Positions 28,361-38,724 of a stretch of DNA of 64,000 nt are shown here, piece by piece; the stretch's first letter is position 1; the number at the start of each line of letters is the position of its first letter. The notes under the pieces were generated by a model. The model searched no databases, was not told the origin of the DNA, and saw only the letters and a program-made list of their open reading frames with translations. Position numbers and translations under genes: made by a program. The stretch lies in assembly GCA_963844235.1 (NCBI GenBank), contig CAWJNF010000005.1:65899-129898 (forward strand), in the 5' to 3' direction. This DNA comes from an uncultured Thermoleophilia bacterium (GTDB taxonomy: Bacteria; Actinomycetota; Thermoleophilia; Gaiellales; Gaiellaceae).

Positions 28361-29860
28361 ATGAGCACGGCATCCGACGACCTGCAGCTGACTTCCGCCG
28401 CTGCCAACGCCGCTCGCCCCGATCCCCGGCGGTGGTGGGCCCTGGCGCTCTTGTGCGGTGCGTTCTTCATGGTGATCCTCGACGCGGCAATCGTGAACGT
28501 GGCATTGCCGTCGATCCAGCAGGAGCTCGACTTCTCGCGCCAGGGCTTGCAGTGGGTGGTCAGCGCCTACGCTCTGACGTTCGCCGGCTTGCTTCTGCTG
28601 GGCGGCCGAGCGGCCGACCTCCTCGGGCGCCGGCGCATGCTCATGGTCGGTCTGGCTCTGTTCACGCTGGCCTCGCTGCTGTGCGGGTTGGCGTGGTCTG
28701 CCGAGGCGCTGATCGGAGCACGCGCGCTGCAGGGTGTCGGTGCCGCGATCATGACGCCGACGGCGCTGTCCATCATCACGACGACGTTTCAGGAGGGCTC
28801 GGAGCGCAACAAGGCGCTCGGGATCTGGGGCTCGCTGGGTGGCATCGGCGCCACCGCAGCGTGGCTGATCGGCGGCCCGCTCGTCGACGGCCCCGGCTGG
28901 GGATGGATCTTCTTCATCAATGTCCCCCTGGGGATCGGCGCCTTGCTGCTCGTCCCGATGCTCATCAGCGAGAGTCGAGCCTCCACAGCTCGGCGGAGTT
29001 TCGACCCTGGGGGTGCGCTGACCGTCAGCGGCGGCCTGTTCCTGCTCGTCTACGCGCTCGTCGATGCGCCGGACGCCGGTTGGAGCAGCGCTCAGACGAT
29101 CCTCCTGTTCGCCGGCTCCGCCGCGCTGCTGGGGATCTTCACGGCGATCGAAGCACGCCACTCCGCGCCGTTGCTACCGCTTCGCATCCTCCGCTCCCGC
29201 ACGCTCGTGGGCGCGAACGTGGCGATGCTCCTGTTCGGAGCGACGGCCTTCGGGATGCCGTTCGTACTCACTCTGTACGCGCAGCAGGTGTTGGGCTTCT
29301 CGGCGGTGAAGTTCGGTGCGACCTCCGTCGTGTTCCCGGTGATGGCGGCGATCGGGTCGATCCTGGGCCAGTCGATCGTGCTGCGGGTTGGCTTCCGGCC
29401 GGTCGCCTCCGTCGGGATGGCGCTGATGATCGGGGGCTGTGCCCTGCTCACCCAGGTCTCCGTGGACGGCACCTACTTCGGCGATCTCTTCCCTGCTCTG
29501 GTTCTCTTCGGGGCCGGGGTGGGCCTCGCCTTCGTGACGGCGACGATCGCGGCGCTCGCAGGAGTTCACGAGCGCGAAGCCGGGCTCGCGTCGGGCCTCA
29601 ACAACACCGCGTTCCAGATCGGTGCCGCCCTCGGCACAGCCATCGTGTCGACCGTGCTCGTCTCGAGAAGCGAGGCCTTCATGGCGGCCAATCCTGACGC
29701 CGACCCGCTACTCGGGCTCACCGAGGGTTTCCAGTCAGGGTTCGCGGCGGCGATCGTCTTCCCCGCGCTCGGCCTGCTCGTCTCCCTGCTCCTGCTCGGC
29801 CGGCCGCCGCGTCCGGCCGAGCAGCCCTTCGAGGCGGTGCCGGCGCCGGTCAGAGACTGA
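28361..29860 (+). CDS. MFS transporter, DHA2 (14-TM drug:H+ antiporter) type
   Basis: 499 aa and about 14 hydrophobic segments; LGGRAADLLGRRRML motif. Confidence 0.85.
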   Translation: MSTASDDLQLTSAAANAARPDPRRWWALALLCGAFFMVILDAAIVNVALPSIQQELDFSRQGLQWVVSAYALTFAGLLLLGGRAADLLGRRRMLMVGLALFTLASLLCGLAWSAEALIGARALQGVGAAIMTPTALSIITTTFQEGSERNKALGIWGSLGGIGATAAWLIGGPLVDGPGWGWIFFINVPLGIGALLLVPMLISESRASTARRSFDPGGALTVSGGLFLLVYALVDAPDAGWSSAQTILLFAGSAALLGIFTAIEARHSAPLLPLRILRSRTLVGANVAMLLFGATAFGMPFVLTLYAQQVLGFSAVKFGATSVVFPVMAAIGSILGQSIVLRVGFRPVASVGMALMIGGCALLTQVSVDGTYFGDLFPALVLFGAGVGLAFVTATIAALAGVHEREAGLASGLNNTAFQIGAALGTAIVSTVLVSRSEAFMAANPDADPLLGLTEGFQSGFAAAIVFPALGLLVSLLLLGRPPRPAEQPFEAVPAPVRD

Positions 29861-29977
29861 GCTTCTCTCGCCAAGTACCTCCCGGGTGGGCGGCACTGCG
29901 CTGCGCGGCGCCGCCCACCCGGACGGGGACACCGCCGCTGCCGGCGCCGCCGCCGCCTGCCAAGCGACAATCAGCAG

Positions 29978-31006
29978 ATGCGCATCCTGCTCGTCTCGCA
30001 GATGTACCCGGGCCCCGCCGACCCGGATCTCGGCATCTTCGTCGCCGGGCTCGAGCGCGAGCTGGTCGCGCAAGGCCACGAGCTCGAGCGCGCCGTGATC
30101 GACCACCGCGGCGGTTCGCGGACGAAGTACGTCCGTCTGGGCGCCGAGGCCGTCCGCGTGGCCTGGCGATTCCAGCCTGACGTCGTCTACGCGCATTTCC
30201 TCGCCCCGGCCGGGGCGCTCGCCGCGCTCGCGTCCCTCGCCGGGATGGCGCCGCTCGTGGTGACGGCGCACGGACGGGACGTCCGCAACATCGGGGCCAT
30301 CCCGGGGGTATGGCAGGCGACCCGTGCCGCGTGTCGGCGCGCCGGCGCGGTGATCGCGGTCTCGGACTACCTGCGCCGGGAGCTTCTCGCCAAGCTGCCT
30401 GAGCTCGACGGCAAGATCGAAGTCGTCAACTGTGGCGTCGACCTCAGGCGCTTTCGCGCTCGCGATCCCGAGGAAGCGCGGCGCGCCGTCGGCTGGGACG
30501 GCGAGGGGCCTCGCTTCCTCTTCGTGGGCACCCTCGACGATCGTAAGAACCCGCTTCGCCTCGCAGCCGCGCGCGAGCGTCTCGGCGAGGGGCAGCTGGC
30601 ACTGATCGGTGACGGCCCCCTGCTTCCGAAGCTCGCAGGGCGGGAGGGGATTCGCCTCGTCGGCCGCGTTCCGCACCCACGCGTCGCCGACTGGATCGCG
30701 GCGTGCGACGTGCTCGTGCAGCCCAGCCTCGTCGAGCCGTTCGGGCAGGCCATTCTCGAGGCGATGGCGAGCGAGCGCAGCGTCGTCGCGACGCGGGTCG
30801 GCGGCCCGCCCGAGTTCGTGGTGCCCGAGGCGGGCGTCCTCGTCGACCCGCTGAGCGTGGACTCGATCGCGGACGGCCTGCGCCGAGCCGCCGAGCTGCC
30901 GTCCCCCAACGCGGCCGCGCGGCGTGCCGCGGAGAAGCACGACGTGCGCGCGCAGGCGCGTAAGGTGGCCGCCGTGCTCGAGCGGGCCGTCCGAAAGAGC
31001 CGATGA
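29978..31006 (+). CDS. GT4-family glycosyltransferase
   Basis: MRILLVSQMYP...; C-terminal EPFGQAILEAMASERSVVATRVGGPPEFV (E-x7-E-like motif). Confidence 0.8.
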   Translation: MRILLVSQMYPGPADPDLGIFVAGLERELVAQGHELERAVIDHRGGSRTKYVRLGAEAVRVAWRFQPDVVYAHFLAPAGALAALASLAGMAPLVVTAHGRDVRNIGAIPGVWQATRAACRRAGAVIAVSDYLRRELLAKLPELDGKIEVVNCGVDLRRFRARDPEEARRAVGWDGEGPRFLFVGTLDDRKNPLRLAAARERLGEGQLALIGDGPLLPKLAGREGIRLVGRVPHPRVADWIAACDVLVQPSLVEPFGQAILEAMASERSVVATRVGGPPEFVVPEAGVLVDPLSVDSIADGLRRAAELPSPNAAARRAAEKHDVRAQARKVAAVLERAVRKSR

Positions 31007-31968
31007 CGGCGGGACACGAGCACGTCGGCCGTGGGCATGACCACGCCGGCCACGATCTGCCCGGGCACGGCCATTCGCACGGGCTGCGCGGCGTCCGGAA
31101 CGTTCGCATTCTCGCTATCTCGCTCGGGCTGGTGCTCGCGACCATGGCCGCCGAGGTCGTGGCAGGCGCCGTCGCCGGCTCGCTCGCGCTGCTCGCCGAC
31201 GCCGGCCACATGCTCACCGACGCGGTTGCGCTCGGCCTTGCGCTATTCGCGTCGTGGGCTGCTGCGAAACCGCCGCGAGGCCGCTACACGTTCGGCTTCA
31301 AGCGCGCCGAGATCCTGGCGGCGCAGGCGAACGGCCTCGTCCTGGCGGGCCTCGCCGTCTGGATCCTCGTGGAGGGCGTCCGCCGGCTGATCGACCCTTC
31401 CGAGGTTCGCGCCGAGCTCATGGGCTGGGTCGCGCTCGCCGGAGTTCTCGTCAGCATCGCGATCTCCGCCCTGCTTGCCCGCGCGCAGGGCGAGAGCCTG
31501 AACATGAGAGCCGCCTACCTGCACGTCGTGCTCGACGTCGTCGCCTTCGCGGGCACGGGGATCGCCGCCGCGCTGATCGTCCTGACCGGATGGGACCGGT
31601 TCGATCCCATCGCTTCGATGCTCGTCGCCGTGCTGCTCGCCCGCGGAAGCTACGAGCTCCTGAGGGAGACGACGCAGATCTTCCTCGAGGGGGCGCCCTC
31701 GTCCGCGCCGCCGGAGGCGGTGGGCCGCTCGATCGCGGCGCACCCCGGCGTCGTCGAGACGCACGACCTCCACGTCTGGACGGTCACGAGCGGTTTCCCG
31801 GCGCTGTCCGCCCACGTCCTCGTCGAGCCCCGCGCCGACTGTCACCGCATCCGTCTCGAGCTCGAGGCGATGCTGCGCGACCGCTACGGGCTCGAGCATA
31901 CGACGCTCCAGGTGGAGCATGTGGGCGCTACCAGCGGGCTCGAGATCCGCTCCAGCCAGCGCCCGTGA
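31003..31968 (+). CDS. cation diffusion facilitator family metal exporter (CzcD/ZitB-like)
   Basis: His-rich N-terminus GHEHVGRGHDHAGHDLPGHGHSHG; HMLTDAVALGLA; HVVLDV. ATGA overlap with the upstream gene. Confidence 0.85.
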   Translation: MTAGHEHVGRGHDHAGHDLPGHGHSHGLRGVRNVRILAISLGLVLATMAAEVVAGAVAGSLALLADAGHMLTDAVALGLALFASWAAAKPPRGRYTFGFKRAEILAAQANGLVLAGLAVWILVEGVRRLIDPSEVRAELMGWVALAGVLVSIAISALLARAQGESLNMRAAYLHVVLDVVAFAGTGIAAALIVLTGWDRFDPIASMLVAVLLARGSYELLRETTQIFLEGAPSSAPPEAVGRSIAAHPGVVETHDLHVWTVTSGFPALSAHVLVEPRADCHRIRLELEAMLRDRYGLEHTTLQVEHVGATSGLEIRSSQRP

Positions 31969-32007
31969 CGCTTTCGTCACACTCGCGCGCACGAATCGGC
32001 ACGGTCA

Positions 32008-32050
32008 GTCACACACGTGTAGGGGGTCTGACCCCATGGGTCAGACCCCT
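32008..32050. repeat. 43-nt palindrome-containing intergenic element, copy 2
   Basis: Identical to 13917-13959. Lies between the CDF stop (31968) and the secG start (32110). Confidence 0.9.
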
Positions 32051-32109
32051 CGACGCTCTGCGAGCGTGGGAGGTCGGTCAAAGCCGCTCCAGTAGCTATC
32101 CTTTGGGCC

Positions 32110-32328
32110 TTGCTCGCCGCCGTTGCAGTTCTGTGCGTCCTCCTCGCGATCGCGCTCATCGTGCTCGTGCTCATGCACTCGGGTCGCGACACAGGATTCG
32201 GTGGGATGGGGTTCACCCCGTTCTCTCACGGAGGCCAGCACATCGTCGAGCGCAACCTGACGCGGCTTACCGTCGTCGTGGCGATCGCGTTCGTTGTGAC
32301 GACGATCGGGCTCTACTACTTGCTCTGA
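32110..32328 (+). CDS. secG: preprotein translocase subunit SecG
   Basis: 72 aa, two TM helices; LVLMHSGRDTGFGGMG motif. Confidence 0.8.
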   Translation: MLAAVAVLCVLLAIALIVLVLMHSGRDTGFGGMGFTPFSHGGQHIVERNLTRLTVVVAIAFVVTTIGLYYLL

Positions 32329-32346
32329 GCCTGCCTTGGCGCCGGC

Positions 32347-32367
32347 GGGCCGGATGCGATCCGGCCC
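32347..32367 (+). terminator. hairpin GGGCCGGAT-GCG-ATCCGGCCC
   Basis: 19 nt after the secG stop; same hairpin family as 24126, 54241 and 55201. Confidence 0.45.
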
Positions 32368-32407
32368 CTACGGATCGCGGGAGCTGGGGCCGTTTGAGAT
32401 CCGGTCC

Positions 32408-32956
32408 CTACGGGTGTGGGCGGCGAGGCGCGAGCGCCGCCGTGAGCTGGCGATCCGTCGAGGCGTTCACGAGCTCGACCGGGACGCCGTAGTCGCGCAG
32501 CCCGCGGGCCACTGTCTCGGCCGGGAGCGCCGACCGGGCGGCATGACGCCAGCGTCCCCGGTACCCGGATGGGACGTAGAGCGCGTCCGGGTAGCCGTAC
32601 GAGGCGCGCCAGCCCGCTTCCGCCTCGACCACGCGTCCCCACAACGTCACCCGGCCGACCACCCGGTGCACCGTGTCGGCCCTACGGCTGACGCCACGCG
32701 AGTACGCGAGGGTGTGCGCGACCGTTCGCGTCGCGTACAGGCCGCAGGTGCACTCCTCGGCAGGTGCCGTGTGCGGAGCCAGAGCTCCCGGGCTCGCGAC
32801 CCAGCTCCGCCGGCACGTCGCGGTCGCCTCGCAGCGCGGGAGCCAGATCGACCAGAACGCGAGCGAGCACAGGCGTAGGGCTCCGTCGAGCTCCACGACG
32901 TCCCAAACGCGCCAGCCGACGACCGGATCGATCGAGTCGGGGACGATGTCACGCAT
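32408..32956 (-). CDS. conserved hypothetical protein (Cys-containing)
   Basis: MRDIVPDSIDPVVGWRVWDV...LPRCEATATC...EECTCGLYA... Coding-like composition, no known motif recognised. Confidence 0.5.
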   Translation of the reverse strand: MRDIVPDSIDPVVGWRVWDVVELDGALRLCSLAFWSIWLPRCEATATCRRSWVASPGALAPHTAPAEECTCGLYATRTVAHTLAYSRGVSRRADTVHRVVGRVTLWGRVVEAEAGWRASYGYPDALYVPSGYRGRWRHAARSALPAETVARGLRDYGVPVELVNASTDRQLTAALAPRRPHP

Positions 32957-33008
32957 CACGGCAAACTGTAGGTGCCGGCGACTCCGACCCCTACAGTTGC
33001 AGGGGCTC

Positions 33009-35270
33009 TCAGCCGCCGCGTTGCAGCACGAGGCGCTCACCGCCGGGTTGGGTGACGTCCTCGGCCGCGACCCACAGGCGATAGGGGGCGTACTGGAGGA
33101 TCTGCTCGGTCGGCTCGTCGTACGTCACGATCGCAGCGACGACGTCGTAGCCCTCGTCGAGCACTCGACGAAGAGCTGCCCCGCCCAGGCGGCCCTCGAA
33201 GCTCGGCTTCAGCTTCAGCCGGTGGATGAACGCGTGCCGCGGCCGGTCCGAGCGGTAGCCCACCAGCTGGACCGTGAACCCGGTCACCCTGGTCGGTCGC
33301 ACCTGGGATGTCGAGCGGAAGCCGTCGAGCGAGCTACCGTCCGAGATGGACTGGTCGCCGACGCTCACGTCGTCGATCCACCAGCCGGGCAGGTCCACGC
33401 CGGAGTCGGTCACGTAGCGGAAGGCGACGAGGATCGTCTCGCCTCTGTACGAGGAGAGGTCCCACCGGCTGTCCACCCAACTCGCCTCCTCGCCGCCGCC
33501 CGAGATCCCGGTGAGCCCTGGGAGGTTCTCGACCACGGTAGGAATGGCGCCGGGGTCGTACTCGTCGGTCGTCAGGTCACTCGCAAGGCTCCTGAACGTC
33601 TCGCCACCGTCGGTCGAGACCTGGACGAAGCCGTAGTCCCATAGGACCTCCGTGTCGTAACGCGTCTCGAATCTGAGCGTCGGCTGCGCCTCGGGAACCG
33701 TCACCTCGAAGATGATCGCCCGGTCCAAGTTCGAGCCCGAGCCCGAGTGGAGGGCGGGATCGCCCTCGTGCCCGGGCGGGCTGGGGTCGACCTCCCACTC
33801 GACCGGCAGCGTCGGGAGCGTCTCGGCCCCGTCGAACGCGATCGAGCGGATCTGGCTCGCCCGCAGGTAGTTTCCGGCACCGCCGCGCAGACGCACGTAG
33901 TCGGAGCCGTTGGGCGGTGCGCCGGCATCTGCGTAGGCGTCGTCCGCGTCCCAGTTGATCGCCGCGTCGATCCCGCTCGCCCGGTAGCGACCGTAAGGGC
34001 CGCCGTTGAGGGACCAGCCGCGATCCACCACGCTGTCGAGCGCGAGCGTCGCGGCCCAGTCGTGCAGGACCTCGCGCGCAGCACGCTGGGACGCGCCTTC
34101 CCGGCGCAGCACTGCTCGCAGGGACGGCAGCCCGTTCGCGTCGTCGACGTGGAGAGCCGACAGCACGCCGGGCCCTCGCTGTGTCGCGAGGTAGACCATG
34201 AGCGCCTGGGCGGCGCCGTAGTCGCAGGAGAGCTCGGAGTCGCCCTGGTCTCCCCATAGGGTAAGCGAGTTCTCCGGCCCGCCCAGCCCGGTGAGGCCGG
34301 GCTCGCCCATGTTGCCGAGCAGGCACTGGATCTCGAAGCTGAAGCCGACGTCGCCGATTGGCTTCTCGAGGTCGAAGTAGCCGAGCAGCCACTCCGCGTA
34401 CATCGAAAGCCCCTCGTTCATCCACGTCGTCTCGTCGGGGTCGGTGTAGTTGTGCAGCAGGTGCTGGTACTCGTGCGCGAAGGTCGCCTCGAAGAGGTAC
34501 GGGATTGCCGGCCGGTCGAGGCAGGGATTGTCCGGGAACGGTTCGTTTGGCGGGCTGGCGCCGAGGCGGTGGAGCCAGTCGAACGCGTCCACCGTCATCA
34601 CGTTGCGGTCGGCCAGCTCGTTGAACACGGAGTAGAAGAAGCCGATGATGTACCCGTACCCGCTCTGATCGTTCGGGTCGTAGAAGTTGTCGTCGCGGAC
34701 GTTGTCGACGAGCACGACGACGTTGTCGCCTTCCCCGGCCCAGTAGCCGTCTGGAAGCCCGACGTCCGCGGTCAGCGCGAGGCTGCCGTCTCTGGCGGGA
34801 GCGACGCTGAACGCTTCGCTTTCGGCCGGCAGGATTCTGCGCTCGAACTCGCGGATCATGGCCTGGATCTGGTCGTCCTTCACGTCGACGCTGTCGTTGC
34901 GACAGTCGCCGGCCGGGAACTGCGTGCCCGTCGAGACCTCGTCCGAGTCGCTTGCCACCCAGACTTCGATGTGGTCGCCGATCGCACGCAGCGTGTAGTT
35001 CTTCAGGTAGATCGTCCCGAGCACGTCGTCCGTCGCGAACCACATGCGTTCGTCGCCGACCGCGGCCACCGGCGCCGTTCCGTGCACCGCCCGCGCGGCG
35101 GCCCGGGCCGTCGCCCTCGTCCCGGGGGCAAACGGAAGCGTCTTGCCACCGTTGTAGTCGGCGCCGGTATCGACTGCTGTGCCGGCTCCGACGAGCGAGC
35201 CGGCGTGCGCCGAGCCTGCAACGGCAAGCGCTGCGACCGCGGCAGCAACGAGGAGTCGCACTGCCCTCAT
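33009..35270 (-). CDS. secreted M6-family (immune inhibitor A-like) metalloprotease
   Basis: Signal peptide MRAVRLLVAAAVAALAVAGSAHA; zinc motif FAHEYQHLLH; 753 aa. Confidence 0.85.
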   Translation of the reverse strand: MRAVRLLVAAAVAALAVAGSAHAGSLVGAGTAVDTGADYNGGKTLPFAPGTRATARAAARAVHGTAPVAAVGDERMWFATDDVLGTIYLKNYTLRAIGDHIEVWVASDSDEVSTGTQFPAGDCRNDSVDVKDDQIQAMIREFERRILPAESEAFSVAPARDGSLALTADVGLPDGYWAGEGDNVVVLVDNVRDDNFYDPNDQSGYGYIIGFFYSVFNELADRNVMTVDAFDWLHRLGASPPNEPFPDNPCLDRPAIPYLFEATFAHEYQHLLHNYTDPDETTWMNEGLSMYAEWLLGYFDLEKPIGDVGFSFEIQCLLGNMGEPGLTGLGGPENSLTLWGDQGDSELSCDYGAAQALMVYLATQRGPGVLSALHVDDANGLPSLRAVLRREGASQRAAREVLHDWAATLALDSVVDRGWSLNGGPYGRYRASGIDAAINWDADDAYADAGAPPNGSDYVRLRGGAGNYLRASQIRSIAFDGAETLPTLPVEWEVDPSPPGHEGDPALHSGSGSNLDRAIIFEVTVPEAQPTLRFETRYDTEVLWDYGFVQVSTDGGETFRSLASDLTTDEYDPGAIPTVVENLPGLTGISGGGEEASWVDSRWDLSSYRGETILVAFRYVTDSGVDLPGWWIDDVSVGDQSISDGSSLDGFRSTSQVRPTRVTGFTVQLVGYRSDRPRHAFIHRLKLKPSFEGRLGGAALRRVLDEGYDVVAAIVTYDEPTEQILQYAPYRLWVAAEDVTQPGGERLVLQRGG

Positions 35271-35356
35271 GTCCCCTTCTTCGGCTGTCCTTCCGGGCGC
35301 GCTCCACCCTCCCAGGTGTCACGCCGGCGACATCCTCGGCGTTGCCTACGAGGAAG

Positions 35357-36496
35357 TCAAGCGCCGCGGGCGAGCCTGTAGATCGTGCCCTCGTGACTCA
35401 CCAGGAAGAGCTGACCGGCGGGGCCTTCGCCGAACGAGCTCAGCGCCTCCACCCGGAAGCTGTGGCTGCGCACGTCGGTCGCCTCGCCGCCTCGCACGAC
35501 CAGACTCCAGACGGTCCCGGAGCAGAAGTCGCCGAAGAAGTACCTACCCTCGGCGGCCGGTATGCGCGATCCGCGGTAGACGTAGCCGCCCGTCACGGAG
35601 CAACCGGCGCTGTGGGAGTACTCGTGGATCGGGAAGACGAGCTCGCCGCCACCCTGATCAGCGTCCTCGAACTCGTGGTCGCCCTCGTACAGGTCCCAAC
35701 CGTAGTTCTCGAGGCCGGGGCTCGGTCGGGGCGTGTAGTCGATCTCCTCGTACTCGTTCTGGCCCACGTCTCCGATGTAGAGCGCGCCGGTGCGTCGGTC
35801 GAAGCTGAAGCGCCAGGGATTTCGGAGGCCGAGGCCGACGATCTGCCAGTCGAGACGCGCCTTGCTGACGTCGGCCCTCAGCAGCTTGCCGAGGCGCGAG
35901 GAGAGGTTCTGGGCCCTGTCCTCGGGATCGGCACGGGAGCCCCCATCGCCCATCCCGACGTAGAGAAACCCGTCGGGACCGAACTGGAGCTGCCCGCCGT
36001 TGTGGTTCGCATACGGCTGGTCGACGAACAGGAGCTCGCGCACCTGCTGCGGGCTGCGGCCCGGCCGCGCTCGGTACTCGACGACGCGGGTGTCGCCGCT
36101 CGAGTCCGTGTAGTTCACGTAGAAGAGCCGGTTGTCGGCGTAGCTCGGATGGAACGCCATCGAGAGGAGGCCCTGCTCGCCCCGGTCATCGGTGAGGCCC
36201 TGGATGTCGAGGAACGGGGTCGAGAGGACGCGTCCCCGCTCGACGATGCGGATGCGGCCGATCTGCTCGACGACGTAAATCCGCCTCGGCTGGCTCGGCG
36301 TCGTGGCGACGTAGACGGGGTGCTCGAAGCCTTTGGCCACGGTGACCAGGCGCAGGCTCGGCTCGCCGGTGGCCGATCCCGGCGCCGCCGTCCCGTCAGC
36401 GGAGCCGTCGCTCCCTCCTCTGTTGGCCGGGGCCTGGCTCGCGCCACAGGCCGCGAGGACAGCGGCCAGCACTCCGATGCCGAGCAGCTTCAGCAT
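35357..36496 (-). CDS. PQQ-dependent sugar (glucose/sorbosone) dehydrogenase-like lipoprotein
   Basis: Lipobox LAACG; FHPSYADNRLFYVNYT; NHNGGQLQFGPDGFLYVGMGDGGS. Confidence 0.8.
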   Translation of the reverse strand: MLKLLGIGVLAAVLAACGASQAPANRGGSDGSADGTAAPGSATGEPSLRLVTVAKGFEHPVYVATTPSQPRRIYVVEQIGRIRIVERGRVLSTPFLDIQGLTDDRGEQGLLSMAFHPSYADNRLFYVNYTDSSGDTRVVEYRARPGRSPQQVRELLFVDQPYANHNGGQLQFGPDGFLYVGMGDGGSRADPEDRAQNLSSRLGKLLRADVSKARLDWQIVGLGLRNPWRFSFDRRTGALYIGDVGQNEYEEIDYTPRPSPGLENYGWDLYEGDHEFEDADQGGGELVFPIHEYSHSAGCSVTGGYVYRGSRIPAAEGRYFFGDFCSGTVWSLVVRGGEATDVRSHSFRVEALSSFGEGPAGQLFLVSHEGTIYRLARGA

Positions 36497-36573
36497 TTTT
36501 CCTCCGTATCGGCCGGGGGGTCAGCCCCTCACGGTAGCGGCGAGGCTTTGGCTCTTTGTAAGGAACCGTCGGC

Positions 36574-37989
36574 TCACCGGCCGAGCCGCCGCAGCGCCGC
36601 TCGCGCGGCCCAGTAGCCGCACATGCCGTGGACTCCTCCGCCCGGCGGCGTGGACGACGAGCACAGGAAGACACCGGGCAGCGGTGTCTCGTACGGGACG
36701 AGCCTCGCCACGGGCCTGGTGAGGAGCTGGCGCAGGTCCTGGAGGCCGCCGTTGATGTCGCCGCCGACGTAGTTGGCGTTGTAGCGCTCGAGCTCCTGCG
36801 GGCCCAGAACGTGCTGCGCGATCACTCGTTCGCGAAAGCCGGGCGCAAAGCGCTCGATCTGGGCCTCGATCCGCGCCGTCATGTCGACCCGGGACCCATT
36901 CGGCACGTGGCAGTAAGCCCAGACGGTGTGCTTGCCCGGCGGCGCCCGGCTCGGGTCGAAGAGGCTCTGCTGCGCGAGCAGAACGTAGGGCCGCTCCGAT
37001 GTACGCCCTGCGGCCACCGCAGCCTCGGACGCGGCGATCTCCTCGAGCGTCCCGCCGAGATGGACGGTGCCGGCGCGCGCGCACTCGGGAGCCCGCCACG
37101 GGATCGGGCCGTCGACGGCCAGGTCGAGCTTGAACGCGCCGGGCCCGTAGCGAAATCGCTCGAGGCGGCGGCGATAGCCGGCCGGCAAGCGGCTACCGGC
37201 GAGGCGGAGAAGTTGCCGTGGCGTGACGTCGAGGAGCACGGTGCGTGCGCGCGGCAGCTCGGCCAGGGATTCCACACGCCGGCCGAGCTCGAGCTCACCC
37301 CCGAGCGAGCGCAGGCAGGCGGCGAGCGCTTCGGCGAGCGACTGCGAGCCACCTCGGGGCATGGGCCAGCCGACGTGATGGCCGAGCAGGCCGAGCGTGA
37401 GACCGAAGCCCGCGCTCGGCGAGCTGGTGAGAGGAAGCAGCGAATGCGCGGCGAGCCCTGCGAAGAGGGCACGGGCCCGGGGGCTCGCAAAGCGACGGCG
37501 GGCCAGGCCGACGGCCGACTGGGCTCCGAGCAGGCCGAAGCGGGCGAGCGGCACGGGATGCTCGGGAACGCGGAGCGGGCCGAGGATGTCGGCGAGGAGA
37601 TCGTCGGCGTCCGCGACGAGCGGTCCCATGAGCCTGCGATAGGCGCCCGCGTCGGCCCCGAGCCCCTGTGCTGTCGCCTCGACGGAGCGCTCGAGGAGCG
37701 CGGCCGTTCCGTCGTCGAAGGGGTGGGCCAGCGGCGCCGGCGGCTGGATCCACTCGAGGCCGTGCCGCTCGAGCTCGAGCGTTCCGAGGAACGGGGAGCC
37801 GAGACCGAGCGGATGGATGGCGGAGCAGACGTCGTGGCGGAAACCCGGAAGCGTCAGCTCCTGCGTTCGCATCCCACCGCCCGCGGTCGGCGCCGCCTCC
37901 AGGACGAGCACGGAGCAGCCCGCGCGCGCCAGCAGGATCGCTGCGGCGAGGCCGTTTGGCCCGGAGCCGACGACGACCGCGTCGTGCAT
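36574..37989 (-). CDS. FAD-dependent oxidoreductase, phytoene-desaturase (CrtI) family
   Basis: MHDAVVVGSGPNGLAAAILLARAG (Rossmann GxGxxG); C-terminal SSSTPPGGGVHGMCG. Confidence 0.8.
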   Translation of the reverse strand: MHDAVVVGSGPNGLAAAILLARAGCSVLVLEAAPTAGGGMRTQELTLPGFRHDVCSAIHPLGLGSPFLGTLELERHGLEWIQPPAPLAHPFDDGTAALLERSVEATAQGLGADAGAYRRLMGPLVADADDLLADILGPLRVPEHPVPLARFGLLGAQSAVGLARRRFASPRARALFAGLAAHSLLPLTSSPSAGFGLTLGLLGHHVGWPMPRGGSQSLAEALAACLRSLGGELELGRRVESLAELPRARTVLLDVTPRQLLRLAGSRLPAGYRRRLERFRYGPGAFKLDLAVDGPIPWRAPECARAGTVHLGGTLEEIAASEAAVAAGRTSERPYVLLAQQSLFDPSRAPPGKHTVWAYCHVPNGSRVDMTARIEAQIERFAPGFRERVIAQHVLGPQELERYNANYVGGDINGGLQDLRQLLTRPVARLVPYETPLPGVFLCSSSTPPGGGVHGMCGYWAARAALRRLGR

Positions 37990-37992
37990 CCT

Positions 37993-38724
37993 CTAACCGC
38001 GCGCCTGATTCCTCCCGCGGCGTGGGCGCATTGCGTGCAGGGTCGAGCGGATGGGCGCCGAGTGCCTGACGTTTCCGGCCTTCGACCACTGGCGCCGGCG
38101 GTCGACGCAGACGACCTGCGTCTCGACGGGGGCCGTGACACCGAGGTGGGCGGCAAGGTTGGCCAGCGTCTGCTCCCAGAAGCGGTCCTCCACGCGGTGC
38201 CCGCCGAGAGCGAGTCCGAGCTCTGTCAGGGGGTCCTGCGCCCGTACGAGCAGTTGTGCCTGAGCCACGGTCTCCCCATCCTGCTCGTGGGCGCTGAACG
38301 TGATCCAGCCGGCGAGCATGTGACCCTGGGGCGTCATCTCCGTGAACGACACGTCGTCGGCGTGGAGTGTCATCACACCGGTCGAGAGCTTGAGCCCGGC
38401 GGGTCCGGCCGCCTTGATCAACGCGACCTCGCCCGGCTCGATGCCGGTGAGCGACGGGTAGAAGGTGTTCCCTTCCGGCCAGAACTCGGCGAACCGTTCC
38501 TTCCAGATGCCGATCACCTCTGCCGGGGTGAGCTGCGAGCCCTCCAGCCGGACGCGGTACGTCTTCTGCCACATCTTCCCGAAGCCCTGGAGCGGGCCGA
38601 GCAGGCGCTTGCCCTCGACGAGGTTGGCGGCTCCCTCCGGCACGGACTCGACGTGCAGCGTCGAGACCGGCTTCGCCCAGTGCCCTGCGTCGCGCGGTGT
38701 CTCGTTCATCGTCTCCTCCTTCAC
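37993..38724 (-). CDS. DUF1990-like protein
   Basis: 243-aa ORF with good composition. Family assignment is from memory of the ...FGKMWQKTYRVRL... type. The start abuts the STAS stop. Confidence 0.6.
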   Translation of the reverse strand: MKEETMNETPRDAGHWAKPVSTLHVESVPEGAANLVEGKRLLGPLQGFGKMWQKTYRVRLEGSQLTPAEVIGIWKERFAEFWPEGNTFYPSLTGIEPGEVALIKAAGPAGLKLSTGVMTLHADDVSFTEMTPQGHMLAGWITFSAHEQDGETVAQAQLLVRAQDPLTELGLALGGHRVEDRFWEQTLANLAAHLGVTAPVETQVVCVDRRRQWSKAGNVRHSAPIRSTLHAMRPRRGRNQARG